Positions 39,169 through 49,500 of a stretch of DNA of 64,000 nt are shown here, in pieces. Location: contig CAXTYC010000019.1 in assembly GCA_964248365.1 (NCBI GenBank), positions 35,037 through 99,036 of the forward strand. Reading direction: 5' to 3'. How positions within the stretch are numbered: position 1 is the stretch's first letter; the number at the start of each line of letters is the position of its first letter. Below the pieces are notes generated by a model. It was not told where the DNA came from. It saw nothing but the letters and a program-made list of their open reading frames with translations, and did no database searches. Both the position numbers and the translations under genes were made by a program. Source of the stretch: an uncultured Chroococcidiopsis sp. GTDB lineage: Bacteria; Cyanobacteriota; Cyanobacteriia; Cyanobacteriales; Chroococcidiopsidaceae.

Positions 39169-40452
39169 ATGAACCCTGCCCTAACTAAATTTGGCGCTCA
39201 AATGTCTCACCTGACAGGTGTCAGGGCGATTATGAAGGACATTATTGAAACGCTGCAAGCAGGGGAGGGAAAAGAATTTATCAATTTGAGTGCGGGTAAT
39301 CCCTTGATTTTGCCTCCTGTAGAGCAGCTATGGCGGGATTGTACAGCCCAATTGTTAGCTAGCTCTGAGTATGGGGATGTAGTTTGTCGCTACGGTTCGA
39401 GTCAGGGTTATGGACCGTTGATTAGTGCGATCGCACAGGATTTCAACCGCCGCTATGGATTGAATTTGAGCGAACGCAACATCCTAATTACCCCAGGAAG
39501 CCAAACCCTCTACTTCTACGCAGCCAACGCCTTTGGTGGCTACACTGTGGGCGGAAACTTGAAGCAAATCGTGCTGCCCCTAAGCCCAGATTATACAGGT
39601 TACGGCGGCGTAAGCTTGACACCAGAAGCTTTGATTGCCTACAAACCCAGACTGGATATTGACGAATCAGCCCATAAATTCAAATACCGCCCTGACTTCA
39701 GCCAATTAGCAATCACAGAAGATACAGGCTGTGTGATCTTTTCTCGTCCCTGTAACCCTACAGGTAACGTCCTCACCCAAGAAGAAGTACAAAAGATCGC
39801 CGCCCTAGCTGCACCTTACAACGTGCCAGTGATAATTGATTCAGCTTATGGTCCTCCCTACCCAGCATTGAATTTTACCGAAATGACACCAGTGTTTGGA
39901 GAAAACATTCTCCACTGTATGAGCTTATCCAAGGTAGGATTACCAGGAGAACGGATCGGAGTAGCGATCGCAGATACTAGATGGATTCAAGTGCTAGAAT
40001 CATTCCAGACAAATTTGTGTATCCATCCGTCCCGATATGGACAAGCGATCGCAGCTCGTGCAATCAACGAGGGTGCATTAGCTGATATCTCCACGTCTGT
40101 AATTCGACCTTTCTACCAAGATAAATTCTCCGTTCTCGAAACAACCCTTAACCAAACAATGCCCCTCGACTTACCTTGGTTTCTGCATCGTGGTGAAGGG
40201 GCAATATTCGCTTGGTTATGGCTAAAAGATCTACCGATTACTGACTGGGAATTTTATCAACAACTCAAACAGGTAGGCGTAATTGTTGTCCCAGGTAGTT
40301 CCTTCTTCCCAGGTTTACAGGAAGACTGGACACACAAACAGCAATGTCTGCGCATCAGCTTAACAGCCAGCGATGAAGAAATTGTAACTGGAATGCAACG
40401 CTTAGCAAAGGTAGCACAACAAGTTTATCAGCGATCGTCGGTGAGTGTTTGA
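39169..40452 (+). CDS. avtA: Valine--pyruvate aminotransferase
   Basis: NLSAGNP, SRPCNPTGN, DSAYG, SLSKVGLPGERIG. Confidence 0.9.
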   Translation: MNPALTKFGAQMSHLTGVRAIMKDIIETLQAGEGKEFINLSAGNPLILPPVEQLWRDCTAQLLASSEYGDVVCRYGSSQGYGPLISAIAQDFNRRYGLNLSERNILITPGSQTLYFYAANAFGGYTVGGNLKQIVLPLSPDYTGYGGVSLTPEALIAYKPRLDIDESAHKFKYRPDFSQLAITEDTGCVIFSRPCNPTGNVLTQEEVQKIAALAAPYNVPVIIDSAYGPPYPALNFTEMTPVFGENILHCMSLSKVGLPGERIGVAIADTRWIQVLESFQTNLCIHPSRYGQAIAARAINEGALADISTSVIRPFYQDKFSVLETTLNQTMPLDLPWFLHRGEGAIFAWLWLKDLPITDWEFYQQLKQVGVIVVPGSSFFPGLQEDWTHKQQCLRISLTASDEEIVTGMQRLAKVAQQVYQRSSVSV

Positions 40453-40551
40453 CTTAAAGGAACAATCGCACCAAGCGCTAAGAACCTTCACACCTTAGCG
40501 CCTTTGCGTCTTTGCGTGAAACAAATCCAGGCATTGACTTCCTAGTAGATT

Positions 40552-41109
40552 ATGGCTTTGGACGACTGGTTAGAAATCGGGAAAATTGTAGCAGCTCAAG
40601 GATTGGATGGGGAAGTAAGGGTATATCCTAACTCAGACTTTCCCGAACGATTTGTGCAGCCAGGAAAACGTTGGTTGCTGCGTCCTGGTGAAACCCAACC
40701 CCAACCGATTGAATTACTGGGAGGTAGGTATATAGAGGGTAAAGGTTTGTATGTAGTCGAACTAGCTGGCATAGACGATCGCAACAAAGCTGAGGATCTG
40801 CGCGGTTGTTTGCTAATGGTTCCCTCAAGCGATCGCCCTCCTTTAGCAGAAGACGAATATCACGTTTTAGATTTACTTGGCTTAGAAGTATTTATGCAGG
40901 AATCAGGCGAACTTGTTGGTACTGTGGTAGATGTGATCCCAGCTGGGAATGATTTGCTGGAGGTAAAGCTGCACCAATCATCTGCCAATGACAAAGTACA
41001 AAAAGTTTTGATTCCGTTTGTCAAGGCGATCGTGCCAGTGGTAGATCTGGTTGCTAAGCGAATTGAGATTACGCCGCCGCCTGGATTGCTAGAAATCAAT
41101 TCTTGTTGA
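40552..41109 (+). CDS. rimM: Ribosome maturation factor RimM
   Basis: [33 protein letters not shown]...PPPGLLE. Confidence 0.95.
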   Translation: MALDDWLEIGKIVAAQGLDGEVRVYPNSDFPERFVQPGKRWLLRPGETQPQPIELLGGRYIEGKGLYVVELAGIDDRNKAEDLRGCLLMVPSSDRPPLAEDEYHVLDLLGLEVFMQESGELVGTVVDVIPAGNDLLEVKLHQSSANDKVQKVLIPFVKAIVPVVDLVAKRIEITPPPGLLEINSC

Positions 41110-41361
41110 AAAATATCAATTTGTTACTCGACACCCGCCTGAGAATCTATCTACAAAAATCTTTTAGCCCTTGTCAGATCCCCCCTAGCCCCCAAGGATC
41201 GGGGGGTTGGGGGGATCTGATCGATTGTGCATTGAGATAGCTTTTTACTGTTTGAAATGAAAACAGATAAAATTGCTCCCGCCTTATAGCCAGCAGAACG
41301 AGGATATAAGGCGGGAACAATCTTTTTGGTTTGCTATTTTACTAAAAAATTAGCTCAATTC

Positions 41362-41814
41362 TCAAGAATTGTTACCTACAATATCTTGCTTGAATGATTG
41401 AATTTTTGCTGCTAATTCTTGCCGAGTTGAAGCTTGGAGTAAATAGCGGTAAACAAACCAAGTTGCATATCCAATACCAATCACTTCAAAAAATGAAGAG
41501 AACAGAGGGATACCATTGAGAGCATCTACGACGGCAAAGACTACCCTTAACGCTACAATTGTCGCAAAGATCAGACCTAGGCTAATAAGTGGAAGTTTGT
41601 ATGTCTCAAAAAACCTACTCAAGTATACGGGTAACTGATCCAAAAAGTTAGAAATTTTGGCGCTCACTTGCTGCAATTGTGCATTAGTTTCACTAGTAAT
41701 TTCACTAGCAGAAGGTAGCGAGGAAAGATTTTCTGCAACTGTTGCTTCGTTTGTTGCAGTTGGATCTTCGGCAGAAGGAGCGATGTAGGTTTCGGTTTTT
41801 ACTTTAGTTTCCAT
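41362..41814 (-). CDS. CAAD-domain (CURT1/CurT-like) thylakoid membrane protein
   Basis: DALNGIPL...FEVIGIGYATWFVYRYLL...RQEL. Confidence 0.85.
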   Translation of the reverse strand: METKVKTETYIAPSAEDPTATNEATVAENLSSLPSASEITSETNAQLQQVSAKISNFLDQLPVYLSRFFETYKLPLISLGLIFATIVALRVVFAVVDALNGIPLFSSFFEVIGIGYATWFVYRYLLQASTRQELAAKIQSFKQDIVGNNS

Positions 41815-41932
41815 AATTCTCCGTTTTTTGTGATTACAAAACTTTTGCTACTGGACTTTTTTGTTATTCGTCCCCTTGTTTCCAGGTTGAGCCTGTAAAT
41901 AAGGTAACTATTGAACTTTTTGGTAGCCAGCT

Positions 41933-42394
41933 TTAGCTTTTTGGCTGCTTAACAGTGGCTTTTACAACCACATTTTTGACTCCTTTAATTTCACGAGCCA
42001 AAGGATTAATCTTCTGCAATTGGGCAGCAGCTGGAACTGTTCCTGATACCGTGACAGTGCCGTCATCTGTTGCATTAACTGTTAGTTGACCGTTGGGTAT
42101 GTTAGCTTCTAACTTGGAGCGGACTTCACTTGCCAAATCGCCTTCAGCTCTTTGTGTACCTCCTCCAGCTACATTATTTCGCTCTTCCCGCGCTCGAATA
42201 TCAGAATTTAGCTGTCTTCTGCGTGTTTCACTTTGAGCATCATTTTTAGCAGCTTGTGTTTCTCCTTTGCTTGGTGTTTGGGCAACTGTGCTGGTATTAT
42301 TAGTTGCTGATTCACTGGTCTTAGCACTATGATTACAAGCAGCAGCACCAAAAACTAAAAGGCAAGTTATTAATAACCCAGTTAGCTTTTTCAT
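41933..42394 (-). CDS. BON-domain lipoprotein
   Basis: Lipobox AAAC; GTVTVSGTV...IKGVKNVV. Confidence 0.88.
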   Translation of the reverse strand: MKKLTGLLITCLLVFGAAACNHSAKTSESATNNTSTVAQTPSKGETQAAKNDAQSETRRRQLNSDIRAREERNNVAGGGTQRAEGDLASEVRSKLEANIPNGQLTVNATDDGTVTVSGTVPAAAQLQKINPLAREIKGVKNVVVKATVKQPKS

Positions 42395-42535
42395 AGGAAA
42401 TGCGATAATTGATAATTGGTAATTGGTAATTGGTAATTGGTCAATTCAAAATTAAGAATTCATAACCCATGAGAACTTTATCGAATTGCTGCTTTCGTTA
42501 CCAGACGATCGCCTGGTAACGAGAAGGGCGATCGC

Positions 42536-43807
42536 TTATACTGTTTCGTCCCGACGGTCAATGATAATTACAGCAGGATCGTTGCTATCGACTGCTGGGT
42601 AATTGGTGTGAGTGGAATTAACTTGGTAGTCCATACCTGCGCGATCGCTATTTGAATTGGCATCATAAATGGTAAAGTCTTCAATACCGCGCCGTCTGAG
42701 GATTGCTTGTGCACGGTCAAGTTCGGCATCCGTACCTTCGACCATTACCAGATAGTGACCTCTAGAGAAGCGATCGTTATATACTCTCGCTTGCTCTTCG
42801 GGAATGCCTAACCCAGCTAGTCCGCCCACTATACTGCCAGCTGCTGCACCAATTACACCACCAGCCAAAGCTGTAGCCAAAGTTGTTGCTACTTCCCCAG
42901 CTAGAATTACAGGACCTACCCCAGGAATTGCCAAAGCACCAAGACCGACTAGCAAGCCTGTTAAACCACCTAATGTACCGCCTGTAATTGCTCCTGATTT
43001 TAACCCAACATCTGCTTTATTGCCATGACCATGATGCCGATCCTCAATGTCAGTGCGAGAATCTTTAGCAATTAGTGACACTTGATTCATCGAGAAGCCA
43101 GCAGCTTGCAATTCTCCCAGTGCTACTTCTGCATCTTCACGGCGAGAAAATACCCCGATTGCGCGTCTTGTTCTTTGTACAGGTGTGTATGTGGAGGCTG
43201 TGGTATTGGTGTAAGCAACAGGCGCAGCGGCAACAGTTGTAGTAGCGACATTGGCGTGTCTACTATTGGGGTGATCGTAGATGCCATAATCTTCAATTCC
43301 CCGATGATGTAAAATCCTTTCTGCCCTTGCGAGTTCTTCATCTGTGCCATCTACAATAACTAAGTAGTGTCCGCGTTCTACTCGTTCGTTGTAAGCTCTG
43401 GCTCGTTCTTCGGGAATTCCTAAACCAACTAATCCACCCAGCAAACCACCAGTTACCGCACCAATACCCGCACCAGCCAAAGTTGTAGCAAGGGTAGTTG
43501 CTGTTGCTCCAGCAAGCATAACTGGACCTATACCAGGAATTGCTAAAGCGCCAAGACCGACTAATAAGCCAGTCAAGCCACCTAAAGCACCACCAGAAAG
43601 TAACCCAACTGTAGCACCTTCGTCAGCTTTATTGCCTACTTGTTCGCCCACCTGAGCGCCAGCGATATTGTCATTGCGGTCTGCATCCCGCACTACTACA
43701 GATACTCTATCCATCGGAAAGCCGGAATCTCTTAATTCATGTAGCGCTTGTTCCGCATCCCGACGATGTGTAAATACTCCTACGGCACGCCTATGTACGC
43801 CTACCAT
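42536..43807 (-). CDS. General stress protein with two tandem YflT/glycine-zipper domains
   Basis: Two copies of RRAxGVF...GGLTGLLVGLGALAIPG...GLGIPEE; start reassigned to ATG 43807. Confidence 0.85.
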   Translation of the reverse strand: MVGVHRRAVGVFTHRRDAEQALHELRDSGFPMDRVSVVVRDADRNDNIAGAQVGEQVGNKADEGATVGLLSGGALGGLTGLLVGLGALAIPGIGPVMLAGATATTLATTLAGAGIGAVTGGLLGGLVGLGIPEERARAYNERVERGHYLVIVDGTDEELARAERILHHRGIEDYGIYDHPNSRHANVATTTVAAAPVAYTNTTASTYTPVQRTRRAIGVFSRREDAEVALGELQAAGFSMNQVSLIAKDSRTDIEDRHHGHGNKADVGLKSGAITGGTLGGLTGLLVGLGALAIPGVGPVILAGEVATTLATALAGGVIGAAAGSIVGGLAGLGIPEEQARVYNDRFSRGHYLVMVEGTDAELDRAQAILRRRGIEDFTIYDANSNSDRAGMDYQVNSTHTNYPAVDSNDPAVIIIDRRDETV

Positions 43808-44416
43808 CCTTCGTTCTCCCAAGCCGAAAAAATCTTCCGAACGCAAACTTGTTATTGATTCTTTGTAATACTATTTCTACAATATTGCGATTAACTTTTC
43901 CTCAATCCCTTGGAAGAGGTTTTTATCTATCAACAGTAATAGATTAATTCCTATAAGTGAATGTCTAGAAAAGCAGAAAGCAAAAATCCTGCTTTCCCCT
44001 GTTCATTGACCGACTGTAGGCCAGGAACGAGGGGTTAAGGAAGGTTAGAAAAATTCCCTTACATTGTTTGATGTTGTTCTGCTTAAATGTAAGGTTGAAG
44101 TAAATAATTTAAATTAGCCTACTTTTAAGATTTCACTTATTTTTAGACTTTACACATATTACTATAACCGCACCTTCACTTGCTAGCAAGTAGTCACATT
44201 ATGCTAGAAAGTAGTCACAGTTTTTGCCGTTAGTAACTGTGTACCAGTTAGCTCCTTATTCGCCTTACATTTTAGAATCACAAAGCGAAAATGCATCAAC
44301 TGCATTCGCATCTTTCATAGCCTCAAACTGCGTCAATTCCTTCTTTAGAAAGATGGATTTTAACTGTTAATTTTATAACTTGCATAGGAATGGTAATAAT
44401 TTTGAGGAACATAATA

Positions 44417-45310
44417 ATGCCACTACAGAGAATCGGTGAATTCGATCCAGACTACACTCAGGCTCTTCAGGGTAATGACCTCAAAGGCATGAGTGTCTAT
44501 ACTCAAGGCACTAACGATAAAATTGGCAGCATCAGCGATGTTGTAGTAGACCATGATGGTAAGTTCCGCTATTTCATTCTTGACTTAGGCTTGTGGAATA
44601 TGGGCAAGAAGGTTATGTTACCTGTTGGTCGAGCACAGATCGACTCTGCTGCAAACCGTGTATCTGTTGGTCTGACAAAACAGCAAGCGGAAAATTTACC
44701 AGAATATACAGATAGTCATCCTCTTGATTATGACTATGAAGAGCGAGTACGGGGCGTGTATCGCACAGCGCCCCTAGAAGCATCTGCACCTCTAGAAGCA
44801 TCTGCACCCCTAGATACAACCCCTGCTGGGCGTAGCACTTCGACTTACGATCGCAACACCTACACCTACGATCAAGATGCGGATCTCTACAACGTTGGTA
44901 CACAGGGAGATCAAACGATCAAACTTTACGAAGAACGGCTAATCACCAGCAAACAGCGCCGGAAAACAGGAGAAGTAACAATTGGTAAGCACGTTGAAAG
45001 TGAAACAGAGCGTGTTTCAGTACCACTTGAAAAAGAGCGCGTGGTAATTGAGCGAGTAACCCCAACAGATGCTGGTAGACCTGTTGCACCTGGGGAAGCT
45101 GCTTTCCGTGAAGGTGAAGTTGCGCACATGGAAATTTACGAAGAAGTTCCTGATATTCACAAAGAAGCCTTTGTGCGTGAAGAAGTGAGAGTCAATAAAG
45201 TAGTGGAACAGGAAACTGTTGAAGCTCAAGAAACAATTCGCAGAGAAGAGTTAGATATTGACACACAAGGGCATCCGACTGTAAATCGTCCTCCTAACGA
45301 TCGCATTTAG
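44417..45310 (+). CDS. PRC-barrel + DUF2382 (YsnF/AvaK-like) stress protein
   Basis: KIGSISDVVVD...GKKVMLPVG; LYEERL...GEVTIGKHVE...IRREEL; GAGG RBS before ATG 44417. Confidence 0.88.
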   Translation: MPLQRIGEFDPDYTQALQGNDLKGMSVYTQGTNDKIGSISDVVVDHDGKFRYFILDLGLWNMGKKVMLPVGRAQIDSAANRVSVGLTKQQAENLPEYTDSHPLDYDYEERVRGVYRTAPLEASAPLEASAPLDTTPAGRSTSTYDRNTYTYDQDADLYNVGTQGDQTIKLYEERLITSKQRRKTGEVTIGKHVESETERVSVPLEKERVVIERVTPTDAGRPVAPGEAAFREGEVAHMEIYEEVPDIHKEAFVREEVRVNKVVEQETVEAQETIRREELDIDTQGHPTVNRPPNDRI

Positions 45311-45439
45311 TATCCCATTTCCATCTCGTTCGTAGGGTGGGCATTGCCCACCCTACTATTATTCCTAGGTTCCAGCTTGGGAATGAGGAGTTAGAAGAAA
45401 AATAACAGGGTGTAATTGAATTTGATTGAGGAAAATATT

Positions 45440-48400
45440 ATGTTTCAAAGTGAAGAAATTGCTTTGAAATTGTGCTTGATTCCGCTCAAATTAGCACAGT
45501 TTCCAGTAGAACGAGAATTCTTAACTCCAGAAGAAGCATCACTTGTCTTTTCAGGTCCCAAATTTTTGGTGGCATTACTGGCAGGTGTGTTAATGGCATT
45601 TGCCTTTCAATTACTATTAACAAACCTCTCAGTTGCGGTTGGAATTTCAGCCTTGGGCGGAGATTCAGGCTCTGACGAAAGATCAGAAAGCTTGGGGGGG
45701 ACGATTCGTAAAGTAGAATCAGCAGCAGGGCTTTGGGCGTTAGTAACCGCTACTATTGCCTTATTCAGTGCCAGTTTTCTAGCGGTAAAACTTAGCCTAA
45801 TTGAAAGTGCATTTCTCGGCGCAATCATTGGCGTAGTTATCTGGTCAACCTACTTCTCACTGTTAATGTGGCTAGGTTCATCAGCAGTAGGTTCCTTAAT
45901 TGGTTCTCTCGTCAGTACGGCTAGTTCTGGCATTCAAGGACTGATGGGTACAGCAACAGCTGCAATTGGCGCTAATGTGGCAAAAAATCAAGCTGTTTCT
46001 ACCGCTGAGGAAATTACAGCCGCAGTTCGGCGGGAATTAACTTCAGGTATTGACCCTGATAGCATCCGAAATACGCTACAAAGTTCTTTGAGTTCTATAC
46101 AATTACCACAACTGAATCTCAAAGAAATTCGCAATTCTTTTGACCAGTTGCTCAAAGAATCAGATTTGAACGATATCGCCGATAGTGATCTGCTGAAAAA
46201 TATCAATAGAGAAACATTTGTAAATTTGATCAGCAGTCGCACAGACTTTTCTAAAGAAGATATTAATCGAATTGCAGACCAACTTGAAGGCGCTTGGAAT
46301 CAAAATGTAAATCGGCAAAACCCGACAGAGCAAGTAATTAATTTGCTCAAACAAGCCACTCCAGAACAACTGAATTCAGAGCAGTTGAGTCAAACAATTG
46401 GGCAACTGGTTACAGCTGGAATTGGCGGCAGCCAAAGCAATGGTCTAATGAAGCAAGTTGTTCAATCTGGCTTAGGCGCTGCAATGCCTGCAGTATTGGA
46501 TCGGGTAAACATCAAAGATCTTGATGTCGATAAAATTACCCAACAGTTGCAACAGCTAAAAAGTAAGTTTCAGGATGTAGATGTCGATAAAATTACCCAA
46601 CAGTTGCAACAGCTAACACAAAAAGCAACTGAACAAATAGCTGACAAACTTCCCTCCCTACCTGCTCAAAACACTATCAAGGCAGATGTAGAAGACTACA
46701 TTTTGGGTGCGTTACCTTGGCATTTCAATCGCATCACGCTCAAAGATGAATTTAAAGACGTGATCTACGATCCGAATGCAGATCCAGGAACGATCAGACG
46801 GCAGTTGGAAGAACTCGATTCTGACTATTTTACTAACTTGCTGACGCAGCGAGGTGACATCACGCCAGCTAGGTTAAAAGAAATTGCCCAGCAGATGGAA
46901 AGCGTACGCACGGAAATTTTAGAAACTGTGGGTAAGGCGGAATCAAGAGAAAAATCGCAAAATCTACGCAGTCGAGTTGAAAACTATCTGCACTCGACTG
47001 GGAAAGAAGAATTGAACCCAGAAGGTATTGAGCAAAATTTTGCCACCCTGCTGGAAGATCCAGAGGCTGGGATTGAAGATTTAGGCGATCGCCTATCCCA
47101 ATTCGACCGTGATACCCTAGTGCAACTGCTCAAACAACGGGAAGATATCAACGAAGAGGAAGCTAATAATATTGTTAGCTCTCTCGAAAGTACCCGCGAT
47201 AATGTCTTGAATCGAGCTAAAGAACTGCAAGAGCAAGCAACAGCAAAAGCTCAAGAATTGCGGCAAAGGGTAGAAGAATATCTTCGCAATACCAACAAAG
47301 AGGAACTTAACCCCGAAGGTATTGAGCGCGATTTTAGAAAGTTGCTAGAAGATCCCCAGGCAGGATTGAGCGCTTTAGGCTCAAGGTTATCACAGTTTGA
47401 CCGTGATACCTTAGTAAAATTGTTGTCTGCGCGTGGGGATTTGAGCGAGGAGCAAATTAATCAAACCCTCGATCGCTTGGAAGGAGTACGTAATAGCATT
47501 CTGCAAGCACCGCAAAAAGCAGCAGAAAAGGCAAAACAGCAGTACGAGCAAACCACAAGTACGATCGCCCAATATCTGCGTAATACCAATCTGGAAGAAC
47601 TCAATCCAGAAGGTATCCAACGCGATTTGTCTAAGTTACTCGAAGATCCCAAAGAAGGCGCTCTAGCACTGCGCGAACGCCTCTCGCAAGTGGATCGGGA
47701 AACCTTGGTTAAACTACTTTCCCAGCGGGAAGACTTGAGCGAAGAGCAAATTAATCGTACAATCGATACCTTGCAAGAGGGAATTGGAAACATTGTCAAA
47801 GCGCCACAACGCTTGGCAACGAGGGCAACTCAACAAGTTGCCGATTTTGAATCCAAGCTCGAAGACTACCTGCGTAACACCAACAAAGAAGAACTCAACC
47901 CCGAAGGAATCAAGCGCGATCTGCAATTGCTGCTACGAGATCCTCGTGAAGGAGCGGGAAGTTTAGTCGATCGCCTTTCCAAGTTCGACCGTTCTACGAT
48001 TGTGGCTTTGCTATCTCAACGGGAGGATATTTCCGAAGAGGAAGCCAATAGAATTGTGGATCAATTTGAATCTGTCCGCAACTCGCTTGTCGAGCAAATT
48101 CAGCAAATCCAGCAAAGAGTGCAGTCTGTACTTGATGGAGTTTTTGGCAGAATTCGCAACTATCTCAACTCCCTGGATCGTCCTGAACTGAACTACGAAG
48201 GCATTGGGCAAGACTTTAAGAAAGTGTTTGACGATCCACAAGCGGGATTTGATGCATTGCGCGATCGTCTGGGTCAATTTGATCGTGGTACTCTGGTTGC
48301 CATCCTTAGCTCTCGACAGGATATTTCCGAAGAGCAGGCGCGGAGGATTATCGATTCTGTTGAACGAGCGCGGGATAATGTACTGCACCAAGCCGAACGT

Positions 48401-48577
48401 ATCCAGCAGGAAACTCAAAGACGCTTGAACTCGATCAAAGAGCAAACGAAAAAGCAAGCTCAAGAAGCCAAAAAAGCCGTTGCAGATGCAGCTTGGTGGC
48501 TATTTGGTGCGGCTATTACTTCACTAGCGGCAAGTGCTTTAGCTGGTTTCATCGCTGTAGCTGGCACACCTTTTTAG
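45440..48577 (+). CDS. Large membrane-anchored protein with about six ~100-aa helical repeats
   Basis: N-terminal TMs, repeated YLRNTNKEELNPEGI...LLEDP...FDRDTLV, C-terminal TM; GAGG RBS before ATG 45440. Confidence 0.85.
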   Translation: MFQSEEIALKLCLIPLKLAQFPVEREFLTPEEASLVFSGPKFLVALLAGVLMAFAFQLLLTNLSVAVGISALGGDSGSDERSESLGGTIRKVESAAGLWALVTATIALFSASFLAVKLSLIESAFLGAIIGVVIWSTYFSLLMWLGSSAVGSLIGSLVSTASSGIQGLMGTATAAIGANVAKNQAVSTAEEITAAVRRELTSGIDPDSIRNTLQSSLSSIQLPQLNLKEIRNSFDQLLKESDLNDIADSDLLKNINRETFVNLISSRTDFSKEDINRIADQLEGAWNQNVNRQNPTEQVINLLKQATPEQLNSEQLSQTIGQLVTAGIGGSQSNGLMKQVVQSGLGAAMPAVLDRVNIKDLDVDKITQQLQQLKSKFQDVDVDKITQQLQQLTQKATEQIADKLPSLPAQNTIKADVEDYILGALPWHFNRITLKDEFKDVIYDPNADPGTIRRQLEELDSDYFTNLLTQRGDITPARLKEIAQQMESVRTEILETVGKAESREKSQNLRSRVENYLHSTGKEELNPEGIEQNFATLLEDPEAGIEDLGDRLSQFDRDTLVQLLKQREDINEEEANNIVSSLESTRDNVLNRAKELQEQATAKAQELRQRVEEYLRNTNKEELNPEGIERDFRKLLEDPQAGLSALGSRLSQFDRDTLVKLLSARGDLSEEQINQTLDRLEGVRNSILQAPQKAAEKAKQQYEQTTSTIAQYLRNTNLEELNPEGIQRDLSKLLEDPKEGALALRERLSQVDRETLVKLLSQREDLSEEQINRTIDTLQEGIGNIVKAPQRLATRATQQVADFESKLEDYLRNTNKEELNPEGIKRDLQLLLRDPREGAGSLVDRLSKFDRSTIVALLSQREDISEEEANRIVDQFESVRNSLVEQIQQIQQRVQSVLDGVFGRIRNYLNSLDRPELNYEGIGQDFKKVFDDPQAGFDALRDRLGQFDRGTLVAILSSRQDISEEQARRIIDSVERARDNVLHQAERIQQETQRRLNSIKEQTKKQAQEAKKAVADAAWWLFGAAITSLAASALAGFIAVAGTPF

Positions 48578-48606
48578 TGGAACCAGTTGGCTAGGTGAGG
48601 TATATT

Positions 48607-48663
48607 CTCGCTCCCAGGATACTCCAGGGATCTTCTCGCTCCCAGGCTCAGCCTGAGAGCGAG
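48607..48663. repeat. REP-like CTCGTTCCCAGGCTCNGCCTGGGAACGAG family (variants near 4037, 34790, 41876, 42496, 45361, 49501, 52801, 55033)
   Basis: Recurring imperfect palindromes in intergenic regions. Confidence 0.75.
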
Positions 48664-48896
48664 ATTTTATTATTCAAGCAAGTAGGATGGTTGACGCGTG
48701 TGAATTGCAAGAGATTTAGTAGAACGTATCAAGCACAAGGGGCGATCGCCAACAATAGCCCCGACACCCAATTCTCTTGTGCTAGATTTGAACTGAGGTA
48801 GTTATAATACAAAGCTGTAGTATGGGTTCTGTATGCCCAACTGGTGCGCCTACTTATAGTATGAGCGTATACCGCGTGTGCTATGACTATTTCACC

Positions 48897-48969
48897 GTTT
48901 GATTAGCTCAATTGGAAGAGCTTCTGCCTCAAGGGCAGGATGTTACAGGTTCAAATCCTGTATCAAACT
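48897..48969 (+). ncRNA. tRNA-like RNA 1 (CAA anticodon but short variable loop)
   Basis: Full cloverleaf: GTTTGAT/ATCAAAC, GCTC/GAGC, TCTGC/GCAGG with loop CTCAAGG, ACAGG-TTCAAAT-CCTGT. Confidence 0.8.
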
Positions 48970-48971
48970 CC

Positions 48972-49047
48972 CGAAAGTTAGCTCATTTGGTAGAGCGATC
49001 GGTGTATCGCCGATCGGTAACAGGTTCGACTCCTGTACTTTCCACCA
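48972..49047 (+). ncRNA. tRNA-like RNA 2 (aberrant anticodon arm, C1:C72 mismatch, encoded CCA)
   Basis: GAAAGT/ACTTTC, GCTC/GAGC, GATCGGTG-TAT-CGCCGATC arm lacking U33 and purine 37, ACAGG-TTCGACT-CCTGT, ACCA end. Confidence 0.8.
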
Positions 49048-49049
49048 AA

Positions 49050-49500
49050 ACACCCTAGTCCTGGGTTACGGACACCTTGTTAGGGACAAGGCAACTTCAC
49101 AGCTTAATTAACTGGTGTTGGGAAAAAAACCCAACTGGGAAAAACCCAATACTGATGTTTGTTTTATCACTCTGTCATGCAGGTGTTTTATAACAGTCAA
49201 GGAGCCAGCGCAAATGCAATTCTCCCTAACTTGAGTATGTCCTTCGTTTTCCAAATCCGTCTCTTTACGGAGATTGCTGGAACTGGCAAACTGAACGGCA
49301 TATTTGAGCGTTGTTTGCTGTTTGAGCGATCGCTCAAACAGTAGGGCAATCTTAATCCAGTTTTGGAGAACCTTTTGTCCGCACCGAACTGTAAAACCTT
49401 GCATTGGCAGAGTAAAAAATAGTTTGTATTATAATGTAGTATATTGAAGTAGGATTTGAGCGGGGATTACAAACCGCAAGGCTTGTAGCTATTGGCTGTT
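49050..49500 (+). ncRNA. Putative long structured RNA between the tRNA-like pair and the slipin gene
   Basis: Nested complementarities 49169-49197/49388-49413 and 49204-49225/49269-49287, palindrome 49318-49341, several local hairpins. Confidence 0.5.

Noticed and set aside
48897..48969. RNA 1 as a TCA (Sec or opal suppressor) tRNA explaining the TGA in the PsiE-like gene
   Set aside because: In canonical register the anticodon is CAA, and it lacks the extended acceptor and variable arms of tRNA-Sec.
49108..49404. Short ORFs 48899-49111, 49108-49404 and 49159-49344
   Set aside because: Non-ATG starts, no recognisable motifs, and they overlap tRNA-like and structured sequence.
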